Assembly (NCBI GenBank): GCA_050013255.1
Contig: JBEKFP010000002.1
Span: 416,001 to 480,000, forward strand
Origin: Candidatus Bathyarchaeia archaeon
GTDB taxonomy: Archaea; Thermoproteota; Bathyarchaeia; 40CM-2-53-6
Length of the DNA stretch: 64,000 nucleotides
Direction: 5' to 3'
How positions within the stretch are numbered: position 1 is the first letter of the stretch; every line of letters starts with the position of its first letter. The notes beneath the pieces were generated by a model. It searched no databases. It was not told the origin of the DNA and worked only from the letters and a program-made list of their open reading frames with translations. Both the position numbers and the translations under genes were made by a program. Positions 20,601 to 31,099 of this stretch are shown here, piece by piece.

Positions 20601-21774
20601 TCTCTTCAAGAAAGAGAGCATCATCACCCCGACCGACGCCAACATGTCAGCGAGGGTGCGACTGTTCGACGACTCAGGCAACTTGGTTGCTGAATGGATG
20701 TCAAGCGAAGGCGTATACGTCCCCCACAGCGGGTTTGCGCGCGCCGCAGACGGAACCGACCAGTACCCGTTCGGCCCACTCCACCCAGCCGTACCCGTCC
20801 CGCAACCGCTTAACACTTACAATTACCTCCCCGGCAATGTAACTCTGCTTCATGTCTTGATGGCAGGCCTTCCGCAGGTACCCCCATCAGGAACCGATAG
20901 CGGAGTCATCGCACCCTTCCACCCCCAGCAGGTGTACCCCAACGACCCCATATTCGCGACAACAACCTGCGGATTCCAAATTAGCTGCTACACGAGCCCA
21001 GGCACCGCACTTGGAGTAGGCGTGCCAGGCTACTTCCCGAACACTGGTATCCTCGGCGCACCAAACTACTCGGGTGGCTGGACTGCGGAAGTTGATTTCG
21101 TAAACTGGTACTCCAACAACTCAGGCTCACCCGAGCTGCTCGACTCAGGACAGGTGGGACAAGGAGTAACGGGAGGAGCACCCTTCCCACAGTACTACCC
21201 GCCAGTCAACGGCTTACTCATGGGCGAATCATACCACGTAATCCCAGGAACCACAGCCACATCTGGCATAAGCTTCACAGAAGACAACGCCCTCAAACCG
21301 GAACTACTAGGCCACACGATGGCTCCGAACCACCTAGGACCATACTCGCAGCAAGGAGTCTGGCAAGTAGACAACGCTCACCTAAGCGGTGAGGCTAGCG
21401 GAATCTTTGAAGTCGACTTGAACGGGTTGATCTCGGGCAATGCTCTGGCGTTCACGTGGAGTAACGAGTTCCGACCTTTGAGCTGGGGCTTAGTTAACGT
21501 CGTGGGCGCGAACGGTGCGTCGTGGAACTTCTACACCTACGACGGCATCTATGAAGCGTACCTGACGCCGGGCACGTACAAGTTCACCATAAGCTCCCCA
21601 GGCTACGCCTCGCAGACCTTCTCAGTCGTGGTCTCACCAGGCCAAGCTGGGATAAGCCAGAACCTGTACCTGGAACAAAGCAACATACCCGTCCCAGAGT
21701 TCAGCGCAATCGCACTAGTCGCCTTTTCGGCACTTGCAGCGTCAGTTTACGTGCTAAGACGCAGACGAAAGTAA
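17626..21774 (+). CDS. Large PEF-CTERM cell-surface protein with carboxypeptidase-regulatory-like domains
   Basis: Signal peptide; GLAPGIYDLYASAAGY and LTPGTYKFTISSPGY motifs; ends VPEF-TM-RRRRK. Confidence 0.87.
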   Translation: MSRKLAALVVVTIMLFGVFAVSAPVQAHFTLGDLTGTYRYHLNDFDPHVTGVIGYVWPGGGINTYSGLPNVASSVLSPGYQSPYPGGNPVGAPSNSWYQLESDAYAPFGAILTGSSGDLIFAINATAGFAGRWGGLGILIPPGFSVPNIPQVVSTITNDYSGIAVLRIGPYDRYAPGWTLIEILSDAGMDNVAPAAGPYYDHQAIDFTPAGEWYYVRINGVLAPSVAGRYFFKILLYSATPSICGEEGVGSGVPLPPLPGESCSEFIPTENWPVLLVKGEVDPAIVTGTLRYAGYNASLYGLPIQEAGRVYAKMTTRLDPYTGQQRSDLPTVDAVGYVNATATGHYEVEGLAPGIYDLYASAAGYPQTLCASGITILKGQSLHFDCYLQPGPVIHGDVFTKHQFGDEPWPQTTYVKVELYDGPTLSHIPDSSANLVSWSPLPCVAGGQELYTGIYTAGACGDPRNGGAIAFPWHEYVPSNGYGSPSAAAPSYYQVSTDAAGLLNPNGIKTQDPMGVGPPQNWYVVGGTTTPFHFEFGLKGEYGAPRDLDGMVPQVYATWVNGLTPGRYYARAWVFRYVQSALDGSTFQEYSFDITPNEWAGDVTLPIDLRLSSWINKTVYFHDTANTIETDPIDTGAGLMSGVLVDANGQVWSYNQTLLGYNGLYSTGAKSGWGSNAFFTPTTVRTRNDLDKARLNAHAIESGRANIQFWGWNDTWGGENYGIPSGIYTPHVYVLGYLEHGPAEQVSVTLSGTPTSVSDHIYRGTGFNITVHSIDWEHPAVERNWVWGNPVGYTATGLASLGSGPSFLGDPRALMVGEEIDLGIYQNGTLIDFIGDEPSVLQDTVLTSCLFQSQTNSSVQLCGGGWDAQSSRLGGLMPYEGNSNDAYFGQELTDVGFVGGYTGGSIYLSTRSILFAPAHYSPTTLPDGGTYHSAVTGYLPLYPSAIPAGQYDLRGYTYGYVQTSKFTVYTSPTQVADIRLNLLIGVNVTLDILFKKESIITPTDANMSARVRLFDDSGNLVAEWMSSEGVYVPHSGFARAADGTDQYPFGPLHPAVPVPQPLNTYNYLPGNVTLLHVLMAGLPQVPPSGTDSGVIAPFHPQQVYPNDPIFATTTCGFQISCYTSPGTALGVGVPGYFPNTGILGAPNYSGGWTAEVDFVNWYSNNSGSPELLDSGQVGQGVTGGAPFPQYYPPVNGLLMGESYHVIPGTTATSGISFTEDNALKPELLGHTMAPNHLGPYSQQGVWQVDNAHLSGEASGIFEVDLNGLISGNALAFTWSNEFRPLSWGLVNVVGANGASWNFYTYDGIYEAYLTPGTYKFTISSPGYASQTFSVVVSPGQAGISQNLYLEQSNIPVPEFSAIALVAFSALAASVYVLRRRRK

Positions 21775-21775
21775 A

Positions 21776-21821
21776 GGGTCGAAGAGGCACGCGTGCCACT
21801 GGGCAGCGACCTCCTTTTTTC
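21776..21821 (+). terminator. Probable terminator (GC stem plus T tract)
   Basis: GGGTCG...CGACCT followed by a T7 run, between convergent genes. Confidence 0.45.
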
Positions 21822-21844
21822 TTGGTTCGATTTGAAACTAGATT

Positions 21845-23605
21845 TCAGCAGAAGAGCAGAGCCAGGAAGCTGCCTACGAAAACTGCACTAGGGCCCACCA
21901 GAGAAATAACCAACCAGGTTCTCCTACTCAAACCTCTTAGCAAGTGAAATCTTCGACCAACCGCGTCCACTGGTAGCCCAATGAAGAACCCTCCAATTAA
22001 CACGCCGGCCAAGAGGCTTGAGAGCAACGCCAAATCCACCAAGTAGCCTGGGATAGGAATGAGACACTGACCTTTCGACTGAGGGCCACTATTGGGGCTC
22101 ATGCTATTTGTAATCGTAAGAATGATGCTAATCGTATGGGCAACTGTACCATCGCTGCCGCGGATGACCACAAGACCAGGTCCCGGGCTAGCGCTAGGGG
22201 CGATATTGATCGCGAAGTTTGATGAAGCGTTGCCGCCGGATGGAATATGGACTGGGTTCGGGTCGAAGCCTGATAACGTCACTCCAGGAGGCAGGTCAGC
22301 AGGAGTGAACGTTACGTCCCCCGTATACCCTGAAAGTGAATTACCAGTTACTGCGAGAGGGACTGATGTTCCTTGTGCTGAAGAGAGGTATGGGGAAGAG
22401 ACGCTAAGAGCATAATCCGAATTCGTAACGGAAAGCCTCGCGATCTTATTCGCTCCAGGCTCACTTACCCATACGTTGCCAGAAGAATCGACAATCGCAT
22501 CACTGGGCAATGTGGGACCCAACACGTATTGAGCAAACGGCCCTTCTCCGGAAGGGATGATGGAATGGGTTGTAGGAGTTACTGTATGAACTGATTCGAG
22601 GGCGTGGCTTATTGTTGGCGAAAGAACAGTCGCGGTTCCCCCGGATGGCGCAGTCATAGGAGATGATGAAAAGAGTGTGCCGTTCCCAAAGTCGTTCAGA
22701 TTAGAGACGGTTCCGTTGCCCTGCAGCGATGATTGCTCTGCAATCCAAGGTTGCTGGGTGAGTGGGTTAATGCTGATCCTCCTCGGGTTTGAACCCGCAC
22801 CGGGAATGCGCCATTCTTCAATCATATTTCCGCGTAGGACTCCAACAAAGTTGTCGTTACTAGTCCCATCCGCTACACCCTGAGTATACCACGGTTGCCC
22901 ACGAGAGTCGAAAGTTATAGAACGCGCCACAGCCGAGTCATGCTTTGGCAATGGCCAGATTGTATACTGCGCTGACGCCCGATCCCACCTGACTAGCGCA
23001 GAGAAACCTGCAAACCAAACGAACCCTGAACCTGCATGCACATCATAAGCTCCCCCTCCTACTGACGCTGGAAATGAGTCCTCGTAAAACGTAACATTCC
23101 CGGCACCTGAATCATAGATGAATTCACCGTTACTGTTTCTAATTGTCTCGGTGAACCAAACTCTGGCCGTCGTCCCAGCTTGAGGTTCAATTGAAACGTA
23201 CCCGGGTTCTGTGCTGCCTGGAAGTGAATATTCGCTGAATTTCCCTGAAGCTGGCGAGAACGCGAAAATCTTGTCGGAGGAAAATTCCGTTCCCCACACC
23301 ATAGGGGTGCCGCCGACCGATGTAACTGCGACACTGTAAGGATTCGAGTCGGAAGTGGGAATCTCCCATTCCTCGAAAGAACTTGCCCGCGAATCAAAAT
23401 GAGCGATCTTATTCCCATAATACTCAACGAACCAACAGCAATTACCTGAGTGATCAAGAGCCAATCCCCATGGGCCGCTTCCAGAGGTCGGCACAGTCCA
23501 CTCAGTAAGAGAAGCCCCTTGAAGGGTTCCTTGATTCGGTGAGCTAACCTGGAGTCCCTGAAAAGTGAACATGACAATAATCACGAGTATGAAGCATGGT
23601 CGCAT
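21845..23605 (-). CDS. Secreted Vgb-like beta-propeller protein with Ig-like domain and C-terminal TMs
   Basis: Repeated EWxIP..SxP..WFxE..KI blades; start probably MRPCFIL. Confidence 0.8.
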   Translation of the reverse strand: MRPCFILVIIVMFTFQGLQVSSPNQGTLQGASLTEWTVPTSGSGPWGLALDHSGNCCWFVEYYGNKIAHFDSRASSFEEWEIPTSDSNPYSVAVTSVGGTPMVWGTEFSSDKIFAFSPASGKFSEYSLPGSTEPGYVSIEPQAGTTARVWFTETIRNSNGEFIYDSGAGNVTFYEDSFPASVGGGAYDVHAGSGFVWFAGFSALVRWDRASAQYTIWPLPKHDSAVARSITFDSRGQPWYTQGVADGTSNDNFVGVLRGNMIEEWRIPGAGSNPRRISINPLTQQPWIAEQSSLQGNGTVSNLNDFGNGTLFSSSPMTAPSGGTATVLSPTISHALESVHTVTPTTHSIIPSGEGPFAQYVLGPTLPSDAIVDSSGNVWVSEPGANKIARLSVTNSDYALSVSSPYLSSAQGTSVPLAVTGNSLSGYTGDVTFTPADLPPGVTLSGFDPNPVHIPSGGNASSNFAINIAPSASPGPGLVVIRGSDGTVAHTISIILTITNSMSPNSGPQSKGQCLIPIPGYLVDLALLSSLLAGVLIGGFFIGLPVDAVGRRFHLLRGLSRRTWLVISLVGPSAVFVGSFLALLFC

Positions 23606-23757
23606 CCCGTTAGATACGGTGAGCAAGCCCAGAACCGCCACGAGATCAACATGGATCCAGTATTTCTTCATTTCCCGACATCGGGGCAACATGCATCATT
23701 GAAGCATATATCGTCCAGAATCCGGGAGCAGCATGAATGAGCCCATGCTCAACGTTT

Positions 23758-23864
23758 CTTACCATGTTTCTTCTCGAATCACTTGTTTGGTATATGTTGT
23801 GGCGACGCAAATATCACATCCTGATTACTCGGCAATGAGTCTGAGTCATATTGATATGTTTCCG
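23758..23864 (+). pseudogene. Frameshifted remnant of the WLYV-Q-P small membrane protein family
   Basis: LTMFLLESLVW / YVVATQISHPDYSAMSLSHIDMFP versus LTMFVFGLLVWLYVITIQITHPDWLAEEFSHLNLPP. Confidence 0.65.
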
Positions 23865-24106
23865 AGTCTCATCTGATAATCGTGCCCATCTGGGTAATCA
23901 AGGAATCTTTGGATGCCAGCGGTGCTGAAATCTCCGTTCATAATTGTCAAGTATGCTGTCGATATTATATGAGATCAAAACGTGAAAAAGAAAAAATCGC
24001 CGTCAAGTCGACACTAACGCAATAGACGCTGTGATTTCATGCCCCTAATGAAGTTGGAGTTTAGAAGAAGGACAAACAGTCGAATCGGGATTGCGGTGAC
24101 ACTCAC

Positions 24107-25105
24107 ATGAGATTACTTATTACGGGTGGTATGGGTTTCATCGGCTCAAATTTCATACGGACCATACTCGCGAGCCAGAACGATGCTAACATAATTAATG
24201 TGGATAGGCTTTCATACGGCTCTAATCCCGCTAATTTGATGGGCATAGAACAGACCGGCCGGTACAGATTCGTTAAAGGAGACATCAACGATTTTGAGTT
24301 GCTCAAGGATCTGGCTAAAGATAGTGAAGCAGTCGTGAATTTTGCTGCTGAGACGCACGTAGACAGAAGCATACCTAACCCGAGTGGGTTCTACCAGTCG
24401 AATACTGCTGGCGTGGTTGCTCTTCTTGAGGTCTGCAGGTTACTTGACTTGAGGTTCTTGCAGGTTTCAACCGACGAGGTCTACGGTTCTGCTCCAGTTG
24501 AACGTGCTTTCTCCGAGGATAATAGGCTCGAGCCATCCTCCCCTTACTCGGCTTCAAAAGGAGCAGCGGAACTGTTCGTAACTGCTTGGTGCAAAACCTA
24601 CGGCTTATCAACATGCATAACGCGGTCAAGCAACAATTTCGGGTCGTACCAGTTCCCTGAGAAGTTCATACCCAAGACTATCATTCGGGCCATGCTTGGC
24701 CTCCGAGTTCCAGTATACGGATCTGGGCGGCAGATTCGGGACTGGATTTACGTCAAAGATCATTGCGAAGCACTCGAGCTGATCTTGCAAAAGGGACAAT
24801 GGGGAGAGATCTACAACATTGCTGGCGGAAACCAGTTTGAGAACCTGGAAGTCGTCGGAAGGGTCCTGGACATTCTTCATAAACCGCACGCTATCATCGA
24901 ACATGTTGAAGACCGGCCCGGCCACGATTTCAGGTACAGTCTAAACGCATCCAAGCTTGAGAAAACTCTTGGATGGAGACCTAAGCACAGCTTTGAGACT
25001 GCGCTAGCGCAAACCGTAGCGTGGTATGTTGAGAACGAGCCTTGGTGGCGTCCGCTAATCAACAACAAAATCTTGAGCCCAACGCCTTGGAAAGAGACTT
25101 GGTAG
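24107..25105 (+). CDS. rmlB: dTDP-glucose 4,6-dehydratase
   Basis: GGMGFIGSNF, FAAETHVDRSI, STDEVYG, PYSASK, DRPGHDFRY. Confidence 0.96.
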   Translation: MRLLITGGMGFIGSNFIRTILASQNDANIINVDRLSYGSNPANLMGIEQTGRYRFVKGDINDFELLKDLAKDSEAVVNFAAETHVDRSIPNPSGFYQSNTAGVVALLEVCRLLDLRFLQVSTDEVYGSAPVERAFSEDNRLEPSSPYSASKGAAELFVTAWCKTYGLSTCITRSSNNFGSYQFPEKFIPKTIIRAMLGLRVPVYGSGRQIRDWIYVKDHCEALELILQKGQWGEIYNIAGGNQFENLEVVGRVLDILHKPHAIIEHVEDRPGHDFRYSLNASKLEKTLGWRPKHSFETALAQTVAWYVENEPWWRPLINNKILSPTPWKETW

Positions 25106-25106
25106 T

Positions 25107-25994
25107 TTGAAATTTCTTATCACCGGCGCAAGCGGCTTGCTAGGAAGCAAACTTCTAACGTTTGCATGTGCCTCAGGTCATGAAGTTCACTCCATCTTCT
25201 ATGAGCATTCCATACCTGAAGCACACACGCAAAGGTTGGACATTACAGACCAGCCTGCAGTAGAGAAGACCTTCGCAGATAATTCGCCTGAAGTTGTGAT
25301 CCACGCGGCATCAATCACCGACCTCGACCTGTGCGAACAAAAACCCGAACTAGCGTACAAAGTGAATGTGGCCGCAACAGGTTTCCTGGCTGAGGCATGC
25401 CGGAAGCGAGGAAGCCATCTCATCTATGTGTCAACCGACTACGTTTTCGATGGTGAACATGGAAATTACGAAGAGCATGATGAGGTGAACCCGGTTAATG
25501 TGTACGGCAGATCCAAACTTCTGGGAGAGATAGAAGTCATGCAAAAAGCGGGGGAATTCTGCATTGCAAGGACAAGTGTCGTTTTCGGATGGGGACGCAA
25601 ACACCGCCCGAACTTTGCAACGTGGGTGTACGAGAAGCTACGGGCGGGTGAGGAAATCAACGTTGTCACGGATCAGTATGCCACGCCCACGCTAAGCAGC
25701 GACCTTGCACGAATGCTGTTGGAGGCCGCAGAGCGACGAATGAGCGGAATCTATCACCTCTCAGGATCGACACGGAGCAATAGATATGAGTTTGCAGTCC
25801 TCTTGGCTCGCAAGTTCAGGCTTGATGAGAAACTCCTGAACCAAGTCAAAAGGGAAGCGGTGCAATGGATAGCGAAAAGACCATTCGACTCTTCCCTCAG
25901 CGTAGCCAAGGCTCAGGAAGCTTTCAACAACAAACCCAGAACGCTTAACAAAGCCTTGGACGAGTTCGCCGCTGAGGCTCCTGCAGGCACCTAA
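25107..25994 (+). CDS. rmlD: dTDP-4-dehydrorhamnose reductase
   Basis: TGASGLLG, STDYVFDG, YGRSKLLGE, DQYATPT, RPFDSSL. Confidence 0.94.
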   Translation: MKFLITGASGLLGSKLLTFACASGHEVHSIFYEHSIPEAHTQRLDITDQPAVEKTFADNSPEVVIHAASITDLDLCEQKPELAYKVNVAATGFLAEACRKRGSHLIYVSTDYVFDGEHGNYEEHDEVNPVNVYGRSKLLGEIEVMQKAGEFCIARTSVVFGWGRKHRPNFATWVYEKLRAGEEINVVTDQYATPTLSSDLARMLLEAAERRMSGIYHLSGSTRSNRYEFAVLLARKFRLDEKLLNQVKREAVQWIAKRPFDSSLSVAKAQEAFNNKPRTLNKALDEFAAEAPAGT

Positions 25995-26005
25995 CTTCTA
26001 GAGAT

Positions 26006-26581
26006 TTACAAGCGCGTCTGCTTCCACACGAAGTTGTTGTCAGCATCCTTGAGGAGAGGTGCCTCTGCATCCTTCCTTGACAGTATCGGGTTTCGGATAG
26101 GCCACCCAATGCCAATATCCCGGTCGTCCCAGCGTATCCCACGATCGTGTTCGCTACTGTACTCCGCGGTGACTTTGTACTCAACCTCCGCTATGTCCGT
26201 GATTGTCAGCAAACCATGCGCAAACCCCACCGGAATCCAAATCATCCGACGATTCTCCGCTGATAGAGTCGCGGATACCCATCTGCGATACGTGGGTGAA
26301 CCCTTACGTATGTCCACGGCCACATCGTAGATTTCTCCGACAACGCACCGAACAAGCTTTCCCTGCGCATATGGTTGCTTCTGAAAGTGTAGTCCCCTCA
26401 ACACTCCCTTAGCGGTGGAATAAGAGTGATTGTCTTGAAGGAAAACTTCAGATACTCCTTGATTTGAGAACTCGCTCTTCCTGTAAGTCTCCATGAACCA
26501 GCCGCGTTCGTCATCGAGTGCCTTTGGCTCAACCGTTGCGACTTCGGGGAGGTCGTCGAATCGTTGGAACCTAAACGGCAT
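26006..26581 (-). CDS. rmlC: dTDP-4-dehydrorhamnose 3,5-epimerase
   Basis: DERGWFMETY, QDNHS, LRGLHFQ, GFAHG; start MPFRF. Confidence 0.95.
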   Translation of the reverse strand: MPFRFQRFDDLPEVATVEPKALDDERGWFMETYRKSEFSNQGVSEVFLQDNHSYSTAKGVLRGLHFQKQPYAQGKLVRCVVGEIYDVAVDIRKGSPTYRRWVSATLSAENRRMIWIPVGFAHGLLTITDIAEVEYKVTAEYSSEHDRGIRWDDRDIGIGWPIRNPILSRKDAEAPLLKDADNNFVWKQTRL

Positions 26582-26600
26582 ATGGCCACTCTCCAACTCA

Positions 26601-27470
26601 TTATCGTGGTTCGGAGGCCACTGACAGCAAGTAGGCACGGTACTCTCCGACGTAGTTCTCGGCAAGCTTTGCTACCTGCTGAGCGTCAATGTAGCCCATG
26701 CGGTATGCAACCTCCTCCAGGCAGGCAACCTTCAAACCCTGTCGGTGCTCGATTGCGGCGAAATATTGTGCTGTCTCAAGCAGTGATTCCGCGGTGCCTG
26801 TGTCAAGCCAGGCGAATCCACGACCGAACTTCAAGAACTTCAGCCTACCTCGGCGAAGATACGCTCTGTTTACGTCTGTAATTTCAAGTTCACCTCGACC
26901 GGAAGGCTTCAAGCTCGCTGCGATGTCTAGCACTTCGTTATCATAGAAATACAGTCCCGTAATCGCATAGTTGGATTTCGGATGCTTTGGCTTCTCTTCA
27001 ATCCCAATCACCAGCCCATCACGATCAAACTCAGCAACGCCGTATCTTTCAGGATCCTTCACAGCATACCCGAATATTGTTGCTCCAGTGTTCTCAGCCA
27101 GCGCCTTTTGGAGGAAGCTGGAAAGACCTTGGCCATAGAAAATGTTGTCACCCAATATTAGTGCGACTGAATCCGCTCCAACAAAGTCACGCCCGATTGG
27201 GAAGGCTTGAGCGATTCCGCCAGACGTTGGTTGCTCTGCATAGGAGAACGATAGTCCAAGTTCTCTACCGTCTCCGAGCAACCTCCTGTACAATGGGACA
27301 TCTTGAGGCGTGCTAATCAGGAGGATGTCTCGGATCCCTGAAAGCATCAGGGTGCTAAGTGGATAGTAGACCATTGGCTTATCGTAGATTGGAAGCAGAT
27401 GCTTACTAATGATACGGGTCATCGGATAAAGGCGTGTGCCAAATCCACCTGCTAGGAGGATGCCTTTCAT
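26601..27470 (-). CDS. rmlA: Glucose-1-phosphate thymidylyltransferase
   Basis: [37 protein letters not shown]. Confidence 0.96.
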   Translation of the reverse strand: MKGILLAGGFGTRLYPMTRIISKHLLPIYDKPMVYYPLSTLMLSGIRDILLISTPQDVPLYRRLLGDGRELGLSFSYAEQPTSGGIAQAFPIGRDFVGADSVALILGDNIFYGQGLSSFLQKALAENTGATIFGYAVKDPERYGVAEFDRDGLVIGIEEKPKHPKSNYAITGLYFYDNEVLDIAASLKPSGRGELEITDVNRAYLRRGRLKFLKFGRGFAWLDTGTAESLLETAQYFAAIEHRQGLKVACLEEVAYRMGYIDAQQVAKLAENYVGEYRAYLLSVASEPR

Positions 27471-28167
27471 GCGTTCAACCTACTCGGCACGTTAGATCAG
27501 ATCTTCCGCCATTCTCATGATTACCAGGAGAACAATAACATTTGCGAAGACTGTCTAAACTCACGTTTTTCATGCTCTGAACTAAAAACAATTCGAAATT
27601 GCGAAGAAGGTGCACGTAAGAATCTTCGACGTCACTTACCCCCCTTGCGAATCTGTTAGACCTTCTTTACGTTGTTGTCCCCGCGATCGTTTCATTTGGC
27701 TTAAAATCTAGTCCGAATGTGAGGGGAGCGATCGTGAAGCAAGTGAGGTTGCATATCGAACTCTTTCAAGTCGGCCAGTACCGCGGCCGCTAATTCCTGA
27801 GTACACAGGGAGAAGCACGTTACTAATCGCATTGGAAACGCCAAGAAGAACTCCAAAAGCATACAATGCGGCGTTATACCTGCCCTTCCAGTTTCCGCAG
27901 GCACTGCGTGGCCGGTCATTCGTGCGATTGCGATCATGTCGTCACCCAAATTCACCTAGCCCAACGAGCACTAATCACTGGGATATGGACCGCAGACTTC
28001 CAACTCACCTAAACCCCACATCAACAGAGAGATTTGCAGATTCATGGTATGGGATCTTGTTGCAAGATTGCGGTGCTAACACTAGGGCCCTACGCTGCCT
28101 ACGTGATAGGTAGGATAGAAAGACGATGTGAAGAGAAATCTTAGAGTTTCCATAAAGTCTCACCAGT

Positions 28168-29301
28168 TTATTGGTTGGAGTTATGATGCTTCGAACTCAG
28201 CGACAGGTACAACTGTTCCATACGGTCCGCAACCGAGTCCCAAGAATACATTCTGGTAACTCGATCCACCGCCTTAGTTCTGTATTTCTCTACGAGGCTA
28301 GGATCTGAAAGCAATTGCCGCATCTTGTCACTCAAGTCATACACGTCCTTATTCCTGAAGGATACTCCAGCATTCCCTATCGTTTCGAGGTTCTCGGGAA
28401 TGTCGCTACAGAGGACACAGTTGCCGAAACCCATCGCGGATAAGAGAGCCGGAGAAGTCCCTTCTAGTTCCGACGCTGTCACATACAGATAAGATCCTTT
28501 GAAGAGGTTCTCCACATCCTGGCCATACACGTATCCTAGAAAGCTCACATTATTTCCGGCCATTCTTCTTAGCGACTGCTCATAATCAGGGCTGTAAGGA
28601 TCTCGGCCCACAATGACCAGCTTGAATCCGAGCTGCTCACTAATTCCGTTGAACGCCAAAATCAGATAGTGGACGCCCTTTTCGGGGACCAGTCTGCCTA
28701 CGAATAGGAGAAATTTGTTTTTTTCAACTCCATACTTCTTGAGCACTTCAACGTCAGGCAATCGTCGCGAGGTATTTGCTCCGTTTGGAATGCAGAAGGT
28801 TCTGATTCTGTGCCTAGCTGAGTACCATCGTTGCACAGACAAGGAGTCTACAATAGTCACGTGTGATAAGTAAAGGGGGAGCCAAGAGGAGGCACGAAGA
28901 GCGGTGCGAACCCATTGCGGATAGCTTGCACGGTTCCATGTAAGACCGTCCAAGCCGATGATGATTTTCCTCCCAAGAATCCTAGGAAGCAACGTGAAGA
29001 TCGAGCTGTCGGTTCCAAAGTAGTGAAGAATCTCAAAATCTCGTCCTATTGCGTCGATTGTTGAAAGGGCGGACCGTAAGGGGAAGTCAAGGAATTTGTT
29101 CGAGATGCGAGGCACATTAATCAGGTTCACTCCATTGTACTTGGAGTATCTTGAGCTTGATTCGGCGCAGTAGACAGTGACCTCATGCCCTTTACTAGCC
29201 AATCTAGTGCTCACTTCTTCCACACATGTTTCGACTCCTCCGTATCGCGCTGGAATGCCCAACGTGTTCAGGTAGGCAATTTTCAGTCTCTTAGTAGACA
29301 T
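28168..29301 (-). CDS. GT4 glycosyltransferase
   Basis: GIPARYGGVET, VGRLVPEKG, SELEG..LLSAM..SDIPEN. Confidence 0.92.
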   Translation of the reverse strand: MSTKRLKIAYLNTLGIPARYGGVETCVEEVSTRLASKGHEVTVYCAESSSRYSKYNGVNLINVPRISNKFLDFPLRSALSTIDAIGRDFEILHYFGTDSSIFTLLPRILGRKIIIGLDGLTWNRASYPQWVRTALRASSWLPLYLSHVTIVDSLSVQRWYSARHRIRTFCIPNGANTSRRLPDVEVLKKYGVEKNKFLLFVGRLVPEKGVHYLILAFNGISEQLGFKLVIVGRDPYSPDYEQSLRRMAGNNVSFLGYVYGQDVENLFKGSYLYVTASELEGTSPALLSAMGFGNCVLCSDIPENLETIGNAGVSFRNKDVYDLSDKMRQLLSDPSLVEKYRTKAVDRVTRMYSWDSVADRMEQLYLSLSSKHHNSNQ

Positions 29302-29549
29302 GGCCCAGCGCGCCTATCGATTAACCGAAAGAAGACCAATATGCACGATAAGGTTTGAACCATCCATTCAACTACGCCAGGAGCCCCCCCAGAGATCCAG
29401 CATTTTCGTAACCTTGATCATCTCATCAGCTATCTTCATACTTACACCTCTGGTGCCGGATAAGATATTAGCTGTCGTGCCCAATGCAATCCCGGAGACG
29501 TGATGAAGGTACTCGTTACGAGTGCTAGTCAATGTGTGACTGATCTCAC

Positions 29550-30479
29550 TTGAAAGTGTTGATAATTGGTGGATTCGGATTCATAGGAAAACACGTCCTA
29601 GAGAATATTCCAGATACGCACATGGTTGCAGTGTTCTCGGACCCAGCATCCGCCGAACAAAATCGAACCTTCGCTAAGGAGCATCGGCTCAAAGTCATAA
29701 CGGGAGACATCACCAACCCAAACCAAATAAACGAAACCTTCCGTGCACAGAATCCTGACGTAACAATACACCTGGCCGCATTAACGGGCTTAACCAAATG
29801 CGATCAGGATCCATCTCTCGCCTTCTCCACAAACGTCTTCGGCACATACAACATCATCATGGGCTGCATTGCAGCCAAATCGAAACTAGTTTTCATTTCT
29901 TCACGTGAAGTCTACGGAGAAGGCAACCCAACAGCGCGAACAACCGAAGAAACAGAACCCAGGCCCAACAATTTATACGGCACAACAAAAATGTTAGGCG
30001 AACAATTAGTTCAGTGGGCAAAGTCGAGGTTCGGCTTGAATTACACTATTCTCAGATTGACAAACGTCTATGGACCCGGAGGAGCGCAGTATAACATTCA
30101 AGCGATGATCAAGAGCGGCATGGAGCGAGCGCTTATTCCACTGTACGGCGGAAATCAACTAATGAATTTAGTATACGTCAACGACGTCGCCACAGTAATG
30201 ATAAACTGCTTAACTAATCCACGCACAACTAACGAAATAATCAACGTTGGATTCGATGAAGACATGACAGTGGAAGCAATCGTGAAAGAACTAATATCAC
30301 AACTGCATGTGCCCGTAAAGATTCAGATGATGCCCATGCGGGCAGGCGAAACTCTCAGTTTTCGACCAGACCTACAAAAGATGACTACTGTCTTCCCAGA
30401 CCTAGCGAAAACTTCCTTCCGAGAAGGAATACGGAAAACAATCTCAGAATATCATAACGGCACTCCCAAGAAGAATTAG
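29550..30479 (+). CDS. NAD-dependent epimerase/dehydratase
   Basis: GGFGFIG, SSREVYG, YGTTK, NVYGPG. Confidence 0.9.
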   Translation: MKVLIIGGFGFIGKHVLENIPDTHMVAVFSDPASAEQNRTFAKEHRLKVITGDITNPNQINETFRAQNPDVTIHLAALTGLTKCDQDPSLAFSTNVFGTYNIIMGCIAAKSKLVFISSREVYGEGNPTARTTEETEPRPNNLYGTTKMLGEQLVQWAKSRFGLNYTILRLTNVYGPGGAQYNIQAMIKSGMERALIPLYGGNQLMNLVYVNDVATVMINCLTNPRTTNEIINVGFDEDMTVEAIVKELISQLHVPVKIQMMPMRAGETLSFRPDLQKMTTVFPDLAKTSFREGIRKTISEYHNGTPKKN

Positions 30480-30557
30480 CAACGAGATCCCGTGTGTAAC
30501 TAGGATTCTGGATATTGCGTTGCAGATGCTTTAAGACATGCTCATCGGTCTACGTTC

Positions 30558-30923
30558 ATGGAACGTGAGTGGAGGTTACTGCGATGCGTGACCGGAGTGA
30601 GCATCGCGATGGGATTACTTGTTGTCCTGAACCAACTCCGGATTCCCTTCTACCCATACTACCCACGCGTGACGCACACCGTGCTCCTATCAGACTCTTA
30701 CGACCTCTACTTCCTCTTGGCTGCAAGCGTTTGCGTCCCATGGACACTATTCTTGCTGCGAAAGTTACCGAAATCTGAGTTGGCTGGCAGTCTAGCTGTG
30801 TGGGCAGCTGGTGCGTGCCTGGCAAGTTTAGGCATACCCTATGGTGCTCCAATCCTTTACGCGGCAGTAATCTTCACTGCGCTACTGAACGTGATAGTCG
30901 TGGCTGTTTCTATTCGTTCTTGA
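30558..30923 (+). pseudogene. Truncated paralogue of membrane protein 57048..59033
   Basis: RCVTGVSIAMGLLVVLNQLRIPFYPYYP versus RCISGVSLGIGLLVLLNSLKIPFYLYYP; only 121 of ~660 aa. Confidence 0.75.
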
Positions 30924-31099
30924 GCTGCCTTGAGTCAAAGATATGTTCGGTGAAGTGATCAAGGCGAAGTCTGGCGTCGATGGTGTGAGTCTAGCAATTT
31001 TGGTTATCGCCGGTTCACATATCTAAATACTTCCCGAATCGATGATCGCATCACGGAAGCGTTGCCCCAATTGCATATTCTGTATACCATCATTCCAGA

